Source of the DNA: Patescibacteria group bacterium
Lineage (GTDB): Bacteria > Patescibacteriota > Patescibacteriia > 2-01-FULL-39-33
Reading direction: 5' to 3'
Length of the DNA: 32,000 bases
NCBI GenBank assembly: GCA_041662745.1
Contig: JBAZRV010000002.1
Coordinates: forward strand, 90,001 to 122,000
The notes below the pieces were generated by a model that had not been told where the DNA came from, did not search any database, and saw only the letters and a program-made list of their open reading frames with translations. A program made the position numbers and the translations under genes. Numbering within the stretch: the stretch's first letter is position 1; each line of letters starts with the position of its first letter. Shown piece after piece: positions 1-7,028 of the stretch.

Positions 1-135
1 ACGGCGGGGGATTAATGTCAAAAGTTTCGGGGGTATGGCTTTTAATCAATGCTTTATTCTAACAGCAGTCATCGGCGCCTGTGGATAACATCAAGTTAGG
101 TAATGTTTATTTTATATTTAATCGTATAGGCCTGC

Positions 136-165
136 TTGCCAGATTGAGCCAAATGGTGCTATAAT
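136..165 (+). promoter_or_regulatory. candidate sigma70-type promoter with extended -10
   Basis: TTGCCA (136-141), 18-nt spacer, TGcTATAAT (157-165). The next ORF start is ~250 nt downstream at 414. Confidence 0.4.
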
Positions 166-318
166 TAGTTTATTCTTACTCAACTTAGCGGTCAGGGTAA
201 GTCAAATAAAATAGTAAAATAGCTAAAATAAGCGATTTAATTAAAATCGTGAGTTTTTAGTGTCCGACTGCCGCAGAGGTAAAAAATAAAAAACACCTCG
301 CCAAAGTCATTTTCATTT

Positions 319-342
319 GTTTAATTTTGTCTAAAATTAAAC
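319..342. repeat. perfect 10-bp inverted repeat (gtttaatttt / aaaattaaac, 4-nt spacer) upstream of the sigma gene
   Basis: Reverse complement checked by hand. All A/T apart from the terminal G-C pair (the spacer gtct also contains G/C). Function unknown; possible operator or weak hairpin. Confidence 0.6.
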
Positions 343-380
343 AAATAAGTTAATAGTTTTTATTAATCAATAAATGCAAG

Positions 381-409
381 TGTAACATTTAGCTATTTTT
401 TCCGTCTAA
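381..409 (+). promoter_or_regulatory. candidate ECF-type promoter (tGTAAC-N16-CGTCTAA) abutting the start codon
   Basis: AAC at 384-386, 16-nt spacer, CGTCTAA at 403-409, ATG at 414. A very similar layout occurs at 11475-11510. Confidence 0.4.
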
Positions 410-413
410 TAAG

Positions 414-965
414 ATGAAGAACCCTATCGCTGACAAAATACTGTTTTTACGGGTGAAAAACAAGGATCACGAGGCCTATGGCCGGTTTTATGATCTTTAT
501 GTTGAGCGGATTTATCGATTTGTCTATTTTAAGGTCAGTTCGGTTGATGATGCCAAAGACCTGACTTCCGAGGTGTTTCTGAAACTTTGGCAGTACATTA
601 AAGATGGCAAACCGATTAATAATTTGAATGCTTTGACTTACATGATCGCCCGCAATTGCGTGATAGATTTCTATCGCGCGCGCGCTCGCCGTGATGAGAA
701 TGAAGAAAAAGTCGCTGATGAGCATATCACTATCATTGATGATGAAGGCGACATCTTGATTCAGAAAATCAAAGACGCGGAGATGGCCGAGGTGCTGGCA
801 ACATTAAAAAAGCTCAAAGACGAATATCGCGAAGTTATAGTGCTAAGATATCTGGATGAATTGTCCATCAAAGAAATTTCTAAAATTTTAGATAAGTCAC
901 CCGGTTCGGTGCGCGTTTTGCTTTATCGGGCGCTCAATGCCATTAAAACGACGATTAAACAATAG
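414..965 (+). CDS. ECF-type RNA polymerase sigma factor (sigma-70 family, regions 2 and 4)
   Basis: 183 aa. Region 2-like FYDLYVERIYRFVYFKV...DAKDLTSEVFLKLW. Region 4 HTH-like YREVIVLRYLDELSIKEISKILDKSPGSVRVLLYRAL. Confidence 0.9.
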   Translation: MKNPIADKILFLRVKNKDHEAYGRFYDLYVERIYRFVYFKVSSVDDAKDLTSEVFLKLWQYIKDGKPINNLNALTYMIARNCVIDFYRARARRDENEEKVADEHITIIDDEGDILIQKIKDAEMAEVLATLKKLKDEYREVIVLRYLDELSIKEISKILDKSPGSVRVLLYRALNAIKTTIKQ

Positions 966-967
966 CT

Positions 968-2152
968 GTGTCTCACAAAAATCTCATCAAACAACTAAAG
1001 AAAGTCAAAAACCTCGAAACCGTAGGACGGCCCGAGGCTTCTTGGACTTCCGACAGCCGTGAGATTTTGATGCATCAAATCAATCCGCAGAATAAGGCCG
1101 TGGAGTATTCTCCGATTAAATATTATGCCGAGTTTTTTTCTTCCACTCTGCAACAGAAATTTTTGCGTCCGGCCTTGGTCGCCTTAATGGTGGTCAGCAC
1201 TTTTTTCACTTATTCCGCCTTTACTTTGGCCGCTAAGGCGTCTTTGCCCGGCGAAGCTTTGTATCCCGTCAAGGTGTTTAGCGAGAAAATCCAGTTAGTC
1301 GCGGCTATCGGCAACGAGGCTAAGGTTAAGTTGCAATTGGATTTCATCTCCCGTCGCGGCGATGAATTGCAACAGATTGCCCGTCAGCCGGAAGATGCCA
1401 AAGCCAAATCCGCCAAAATTTCCCAAACAGTCAAGCAAATTACCGAAGATGTTAAGAACATTCAAGATAAAGTGGACAAAATCGCCGTTTCTTCTCCGGC
1501 CACTACTGTTATCAGTACTGCCAAGGTGGTTGATGATAAGACTTTAAAAGTGGAAAAAGACATAGTTGACGCTCATACTGTTTTGTCTACGGAAGTGAAG
1601 AAGGATGTGGCCAAGGATGTCAAAGAAGCGATTGCCACCACTGAAGAAGCCGGTACTAAGGCGCTTTTAATGATGGTGGCCAAATCCGAAGAAAAACAAG
1701 TCAAGGACAATAATCAAGCCGTTCCCACCAAGGAAATCGCCGCTCGCGTGCAAGAAAGAATCAAGAATACCGAGGCCGCGGTGGAAGTTGCCGCCGACGA
1801 GGTCAATAAAATCGCTACCGGTACGCCGGCCATTCTTAATTTGGTTGTTTTATCCAGTGATGGCACTAACAGAATCAGCGGTGTTTCCAGCACCGAAGCC
1901 AACACCACGACCACTTTGAAAGACGCAGTTCAAGATGTTACCGAAAAGCCCAAGCAAGCTCAGGAAGTGATTGAACAAGCCAAGCAAATGCTTGATAAGA
2001 ATGATGTCGTTTCCGCCTTACAGAAGATTGTAGAGAGCAAAAACATCGCCGCTGACGCCTTGGAAAAGGCGCCGCTTATCAACGATAAAATTCAAACCGA
2101 AATAACCAGTTCCACTGTTTCGGTTGTTACTGCGACCTCAACGGTCAAATAA
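968..2152 (+). CDS. putative anti-sigma factor / DUF5667-like single-pass membrane protein
   Basis: 394 aa. GTG start 3 nt after the sigma stop. One TM segment (LRPALVALMVVSTFFTYSAFTLAA) followed by the motif LPGEALYPVKVFSEKIQL and a long Lys/Glu/Ala-rich helical region. Position directly after an ECF sigma gene. Confidence 0.6.
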   Translation: MSHKNLIKQLKKVKNLETVGRPEASWTSDSREILMHQINPQNKAVEYSPIKYYAEFFSSTLQQKFLRPALVALMVVSTFFTYSAFTLAAKASLPGEALYPVKVFSEKIQLVAAIGNEAKVKLQLDFISRRGDELQQIARQPEDAKAKSAKISQTVKQITEDVKNIQDKVDKIAVSSPATTVISTAKVVDDKTLKVEKDIVDAHTVLSTEVKKDVAKDVKEAIATTEEAGTKALLMMVAKSEEKQVKDNNQAVPTKEIAARVQERIKNTEAAVEVAADEVNKIATGTPAILNLVVLSSDGTNRISGVSSTEANTTTTLKDAVQDVTEKPKQAQEVIEQAKQMLDKNDVVSALQKIVESKNIAADALEKAPLINDKIQTEITSSTVSVVTATSTVK

Positions 2153-2558
2153 TCAAATTAATAATTATTCGGAGTGTTGCGTCCAGAGCAGACATCCCGC
2201 TTTTAGCGAAGTCTCTGCCTTGTCCGCAATAAGCGTACAAGAACTTACAATTAAAACTTTAAGGGGTTTGAGGGCTAACTTTGCTGTCGCAAAGGTTTCG
2301 GCCTTCGGGATTCCATAATTTTATCGGCAAAGGTCGTTGAGGCAACCGCCCAGCTTATAAAATTATCGGTTTAATCCGTTGCTGGAAAAAGCTGCCTGTA
2401 GAGACGCCGCGATTGCGGTGGCTCCTAAGGCGCTTGTCGCCAGCGGAGACGCGACAATCTCGCGTCTTTACATCGGTTGCTGTTTTCAATTTCAACGGAT
2501 AATCCCCAGTGTTCCGCCTTGAACTGATAAGGTTTTAATCTAACTATTAACACAAACT
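2153..2558 (+). other. long non-coding spacer with multiple verified helices (candidate structured 5' leader or small RNA)
   Basis: No credible ORF. Helices: 2279-2284/2289-2294, 2315-2324/2357-2366, 2405-2410/2415-2420, 2447-2454/2460-2467, and long-range 2374-2381/2493-2500. Strand assignment is assumed. Confidence 0.3.
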
Positions 2559-5500
2559 ATGAAAAAGTTTTTAACTTATTCCGTAGTCGTAGCCACTATT
2601 GCTTGGTCTATGGGCATCAGCGCCGTTTTACCGGCCGCTGCCGCTTATACTCCGGCTGACGGCGATCTGATCAAGACCGCCAGTTATTCGGCTGTGTACT
2701 ATGTCACGGGTGGACAAAAATATCTTTTTGTCAACCGCGTAACTTATACGACCTGGTCAAATGCTGTTGGCGATGCCAATAACAATTTTGCCGGTTTAAA
2801 GGTTATTTCCCAATCTGAATTTGATGCTTTGCCCTTAGGCGGCAACATCACTGCCAGAGCTGGTGTCAGCTTAGTCAAGTTTGATAACTCGGGCATTGTC
2901 TATGCTGTCGCTCCGGGATCAAAATTGTGCAAGTTGGTTGATAGCGCCGCTCAGACCGCTTTATACGGTTCTGCCGCCCCTATTATCATCCAGTCTTCTT
3001 TTGAGGCTAACTATACTAAGGATGCCTCTTGCGACCTGACCGCTACTTCTAAGTATCCCGATGGCTCTTTAATCAAGACCTCCGGCGATGCTTCAGTTTA
3101 TTACATTGAAGGCGGAATGAAGCGCTTGGTTTCTGCTGATGGCTTTACTGCCAACAGTTTCAAATCCAGCTGGGTCAAGACCGTCAGCGATGTCAGTGGC
3201 TATACCACCGGCTCTGCTTTGACCATCAAGGAAGCCGCTGTTTCTAATGTGGTTTCCGGAGCTTCTGCCCCCGTTGTAACCTTAGGAACTTTAGGCGTGT
3301 CCTTATCCGCCAATAACCCGGTTTCAGCCACTATCGTGTCTGATACTGTTAACACCAGCCAGGCCTTAGTGCCGATGCTTGCCGTCAATTTGACTGCTTC
3401 ATCTGCCGGCGATGTCAAGGTTACCGGCATGCAGTTCACTCGCACCGGTATCTCCAATGACACTGATGTCTCCGTTTCCTATCTATATGAAGGATCCAAG
3501 AAATTGGCTGAGGGCGGTTCAATTTCTTCTAAGGTTTTAACCTTTAATGCCTCTAACGGTATTATTACGGTTCCGGCCGGCCAAACCAAGACTGTTTGGT
3601 TGAAGATTGACACAACCATCGCTACCGGCGCTGGCAAGAGCATTGGTTTCAATTTGACCGGTGTTACTTCTAACGCCACTGCTATTTCCGGCACTCCTTT
3701 GACTGGAAATTTGATGAGCACTGCTTCTGTTACTGATTTGGGTTATGTGGTTATCAGCTCCGGCAATGTGCCGACTGCCGCTTCCACTGTAAACTCCAAT
3801 GAGACTGATTTTGAAGCCTATAAAGTCACTTTGACTGCTACCGATCAGGATATGCAGTTAGAGGGCTTGAGATTGACCGAAATCGGTTCAATCGGTAAGG
3901 ATGATTTGACAAACATCAAATTGGTTTATGGCGGAACTACTTTGGCCACTGCCGCTTTTGACGACAATATGGAATTGTATTTTGACTTATCAGCCTCTCC
4001 CTTCCAGATCGCGAAGGGCAATTCCAAGACCTTGTCTTTGAGAGTTGACATTTCCAAGGGTTCAACTCGAACCTTTAAGTTCTCCATCCAGTATGCTTCT
4101 GATATTGTGACTAAGGATTTGGGCTATAATGTTTATACCCAAGCCTTTAAGAGTGGAGCTGTCACTTGGAGCGCTGTTACCAGCGCCGCCAGCACCTATG
4201 TCTATACCATTAATTCTGGCACTTTGACTTTAGCTAAGGATGCCAGTTCACCTTCCGGCACCGTCGCTGGTAATGGTACTAATGTTAAGTTGGCAACCTA
4301 CAAGATTACAGCTACCGGTGAAGATATGAAAGTTAAGAGCATGGATCTTAAGGTCAATACCACTTCCGGCCAAGAAGGCGGTTTGGACAATGCCAAGATT
4401 TATTTTGATGGCGTCCAGGTCGGTTCGACTAAGGATTTGACCACTGAAGCCACTAATGTAAACTTCACTTTCGGCTCCAGTTTCATTGTCCCGGCCGGAA
4501 CTTCTAAATTAGTTGATATCTATGCTGATTTGAAGACCTCCACTGGAACAGCTATTGTTTCTGGTGCTGCCACAGTTACTCTGTCTTCAAGCGAAACCCA
4601 AGGCGTTCTATCTTTGACTGCTGGAACTTTAGCAGCGGTTGATGGCAGCGCTTTGACTATTGGCGCTGTTTCAACCATTACTTTGGCTGAGTACACCGCC
4701 TATGGCGATCAGACTCTACCTTCTCCTTCATCTCAAGCTAAGATGGGATCATTTTCCGTCGCCGCTTCTGCCAGTGAAGGTGTAGTTGTCGAAAATATCT
4801 ACATCAGCGGAGCCACTTCCGGCGAACTTGCCAACATGAATTTGAAGGTTGGCTCAACGATTATCGGCTCTAAAGCGACTTTCTCTGCTACCGATGCTTC
4901 CTCCACTATTTCTATCAGTGGCGGCAAGTTGACTTTAGCCAAGGGCGAAACCAAAGTTGTTGATATTTATGCCGATATCACTTCCGGTATCACTAATACC
5001 ACTGGTATCACTTTGGGCGTAAATTGCGACGGTACCACTCCTGACACCAATACTGCCGCTACCGGCGCTTTCAAGGGCTTGCAGACTATTGTTATTGGTG
5101 CTGGTTCTTTGACTTTGGATACCAACGGAGCTAAACCGGATTCAGCTGTTATTGTGGCTGGTGCAACCACAGCGGTTAGCGCTTTCACAATGTTGGCCGC
5201 CAATGATTCATTCACTATTAACACCCTGACTGTTACTTCTACTGTTGCCGCTTCCGATCGCTCAGTGGGCGCAGTCATCTTGGAATATAAGAATGAAGCT
5301 GGTGAAACCAAGACCGCAACCGGTTATTTAAGCAGCGGTTCGGTTATCTTCAACAACCTGTCTATCTGGATTCCGAAGAGTGTCGGCGCAACCGTAACCA
5401 TCAAGGCTATGGTGGCTGACGCTACCGGCGCCAAGTCTGGTGATATCGTTCGCTTGAACTTAAGCGCTTCTGATGGCACTTCCACTGTTTTTGCCGCTAC

Positions 5501-6128
5501 CAGCAAAGCGACCGGTTCAGCTGAATATGATTACACTGGTGCTAATGGTGTTACTGGCAATCCGATGATTGTCAGAAAGACCAAGCCGACCGTCTCTTTG
5601 ATTTCCTTGCCGACCTCTGTTTTAGCTGATGGCACTCAGACCATCTCTAAATTCAGTATCGCTGCTGATGCAGCCGGTGATGTTACTTGGAGAAAGATGG
5701 GTTTTGTCTATTCAACCAGCGCCATCGCCGTTGATGTAACTGATCTTAGTATCTATCTGTATAAAGATGGCGATTCCACTAAGTTGAATGCTACCGGTTT
5801 GAGTTTAAGCCGAACTTCAGCTAAAACTATCAGCTTTGTGGCTGATACCGAACAAACCATCACCAAGGGTACTTCCCAGACTTATGTCTTGAAGGCTGAT
5901 TTGACCGGCACTTCCGCTGGTACTTCCTTCACCACTAAGATCTCCGGTACTTCGGCTACTGCTGGAACTTCTACCACTTACGCATTATTGCTCACAGAAA
6001 CAATGTTCTGGTGGTCTGACCGTTCCGGCGCTGCCGATGATGGCGTTCATACCGCCACTTCTGATGACTGGTGCGATTCCAGCTATATTAAGACTTTACC
6101 GACCGATTCTCAAACCTTATCCAGATAG
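2559..6128 (+). CDS. giant secreted surface protein (S-layer/adhesin-like) with repeated beta-sandwich-like modules
   Basis: 1189 aa. Signal peptide MKKFLTYSVVVATIAWSMGISAVLPAAAA. N-terminal ~120-aa module shared with the C-terminus of 9341..10552. At least 6 divergent ~100-aa repeats (recurring ...PAG/KGxxKxVxIxAD...). Strongly Thr/Ser/Ala/Gly/Val-rich. Trp-rich C-terminal tail FWWSDRSG...DDWCDSSYIKTLP. Confidence 0.8.
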   Translation: MKKFLTYSVVVATIAWSMGISAVLPAAAAYTPADGDLIKTASYSAVYYVTGGQKYLFVNRVTYTTWSNAVGDANNNFAGLKVISQSEFDALPLGGNITARAGVSLVKFDNSGIVYAVAPGSKLCKLVDSAAQTALYGSAAPIIIQSSFEANYTKDASCDLTATSKYPDGSLIKTSGDASVYYIEGGMKRLVSADGFTANSFKSSWVKTVSDVSGYTTGSALTIKEAAVSNVVSGASAPVVTLGTLGVSLSANNPVSATIVSDTVNTSQALVPMLAVNLTASSAGDVKVTGMQFTRTGISNDTDVSVSYLYEGSKKLAEGGSISSKVLTFNASNGIITVPAGQTKTVWLKIDTTIATGAGKSIGFNLTGVTSNATAISGTPLTGNLMSTASVTDLGYVVISSGNVPTAASTVNSNETDFEAYKVTLTATDQDMQLEGLRLTEIGSIGKDDLTNIKLVYGGTTLATAAFDDNMELYFDLSASPFQIAKGNSKTLSLRVDISKGSTRTFKFSIQYASDIVTKDLGYNVYTQAFKSGAVTWSAVTSAASTYVYTINSGTLTLAKDASSPSGTVAGNGTNVKLATYKITATGEDMKVKSMDLKVNTTSGQEGGLDNAKIYFDGVQVGSTKDLTTEATNVNFTFGSSFIVPAGTSKLVDIYADLKTSTGTAIVSGAATVTLSSSETQGVLSLTAGTLAAVDGSALTIGAVSTITLAEYTAYGDQTLPSPSSQAKMGSFSVAASASEGVVVENIYISGATSGELANMNLKVGSTIIGSKATFSATDASSTISISGGKLTLAKGETKVVDIYADITSGITNTTGITLGVNCDGTTPDTNTAATGAFKGLQTIVIGAGSLTLDTNGAKPDSAVIVAGATTAVSAFTMLAANDSFTINTLTVTSTVAASDRSVGAVILEYKNEAGETKTATGYLSSGSVIFNNLSIWIPKSVGATVTIKAMVADATGAKSGDIVRLNLSASDGTSTVFAATSKATGSAEYDYTGANGVTGNPMIVRKTKPTVSLISLPTSVLADGTQTISKFSIAADAAGDVTWRKMGFVYSTSAIAVDVTDLSIYLYKDGDSTKLNATGLSLSRTSAKTISFVADTEQTITKGTSQTYVLKADLTGTSAGTSFTTKISGTSATAGTSTTYALLLTETMFWWSDRSGAADDGVHTATSDDWCDSSYIKTLPTDSQTLSR

Positions 6129-6176
6129 TTTCTATCTGTTAAGTTAAGGGTAAAAGTCAGGTAAATCTGATATAAA

Positions 6177-6213
6177 AGACCGTCCCGACGCAAGTTGGGG
6201 CGGTCTTGTTTTC
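6177..6213 (+). terminator. rho-independent terminator
   Basis: 10-bp stem agaccgtccc/ggggcggtct (one G-U), 10-nt loop, then tgttttc. Lies 49 nt after the stop of the giant gene. Confidence 0.75.
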
Positions 6214-6234
6214 GCCATAATTTTTTGCTATAAT
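6206..6234 (+). promoter_or_regulatory. candidate sigma70-type promoter with extended -10
   Basis: TTGTTT (6206-6211), 17-nt spacer, TGcTATAAT (6226-6234). The extended -10 nonamer is identical to the one at 157-165. Confidence 0.45.
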
Positions 6235-6262
6235 AAAGACGTTATTATTAATTTGATTTCGT

Positions 6263-7027
6263 ATGTTCAACTCAAAAACCATCATCAAAACTTTAGCCGT
6301 TGTTTTAGTTATTTTAGTTTTAGCCGGCTGTTTTTATGTCATTGCCAATTATCAGGAACTGTTCGGTCCCAAGATTGAAGGCCAAATCGGACAGCAGGTC
6401 TATAATCCGGAAGAAATCAAGAAGGATTTTAGCAATCGGGAAAGAAAGTCAGCTTCCGGCGTCGTGCCGCCGCAGGAAATCACCGATCGTTACAATGATC
6501 TGATCGCCAAATCCCGCCAGGCAATCGCCGACAATAAGCCGTCTGATCCGGCCAATCCCGATTTATCCTGGGATTACGTGATCATCGCCAACAGTCAGGC
6601 GATTTTGGGCCAATATGATGAAGCGGAGCAATCGTATTTGCAAGCCGCTCAGAAATTTCCCGATAATTACCGCGCCCACATGAATTTGGGTGATCTGTAT
6701 ATTTTAATGGAATTGCCCCAGAGCGCGGCCGTTAAATTCGCCGAGGCAGTCAATCTTTATCCTAAAGACGGCATGATTTACACCAAACTGGCTGATTTGT
6801 ATTTTAAATATTCCACCGCGCCGGAAAAAGCCCAGGATATTTACGAATTGGGCTGGAAAAACGCCGATGATAAACGATTGGTTTTGAATTATTACATCAT
6901 CTATTTGCAAACTCAGAAGAAAGACTTAGTGAAGTTGGAGGAAATCAAGCGCGAATACGAAAAGATTATCAGCGGCAAAGTGGAACAGCAGAAACAGAAG
7001 ATTGAGCAGACGATTGACGTTCAATAG
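6263..7027 (+). CDS. membrane-anchored TPR-repeat protein
   Basis: 254 aa. N-terminal TM (TLAVVLVILVLAGCFYVIANY). TPR-like repeats (AILGQYDEAEQSYLQAAQKFPDNYRAHMNLGDLYILMELPQSAAVKFAEAVNLYPKD). Confidence 0.7.
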   Translation: MFNSKTIIKTLAVVLVILVLAGCFYVIANYQELFGPKIEGQIGQQVYNPEEIKKDFSNRERKSASGVVPPQEITDRYNDLIAKSRQAIADNKPSDPANPDLSWDYVIIANSQAILGQYDEAEQSYLQAAQKFPDNYRAHMNLGDLYILMELPQSAAVKFAEAVNLYPKDGMIYTKLADLYFKYSTAPEKAQDIYELGWKNADDKRLVLNYYIIYLQTQKKDLVKLEEIKREYEKIISGKVEQQKQKIEQTIDVQ

Positions 7028-7028
7028 T

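Noticed and set aside
1-413. Replication origin at the window start, prompted by the DnaA box and AT-rich sequence
   Set aside because: There is only one consensus box and no cluster, and no dnaA or dnaN gene is visible. The evidence is insufficient.
2124-2318. 64-aa ORF at the start of the long spacer
   Set aside because: It overlaps the end of the anti-sigma gene, has no start context and has implausible composition. The region is better explained as structured non-coding sequence.
2521-2543. ECF-like motif GAAC-N14-TCTAA just upstream of the giant surface protein gene
   Set aside because: Its spacer is 4-5 nt shorter than in the two AAC-N16/17-C(G/A)TCTAA sites, and the C(G/A) dinucleotide is missing. 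This is too weak to call the gene a direct sigma target.
3200-5506. Minus-strand ORFs of 60-114 aa (3200..3463, 3479..3721, 4967..5311, 5324..5506) inside the giant surface protein gene
   Set aside because: They are antisense shadows of a long, compositionally biased (GCN/ACN-rich) coding frame. They have no independent start context or motifs. The same reasoning applies to 447..725, 1362..1547, 1714..1914, 6704..6910, 7190..9149 (minus set), 9939..10158, 13307..13701, 14985..15224, 15573..16087, 17144..17494, 17733..18032, 20068..21328, 22777..23073, 23364..24607 (minus set), 24802..25293, 25556..25738, 26622..26819, 28098..28845, 30492..30674 and 31082..31295.
6068-6128. KTLPTDSQ near the C-terminus of the giant protein as a sortase LPXTG signal
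   Set aside because: The Gly of the motif is missing, and there is no following hydrophobic segment or basic tail.
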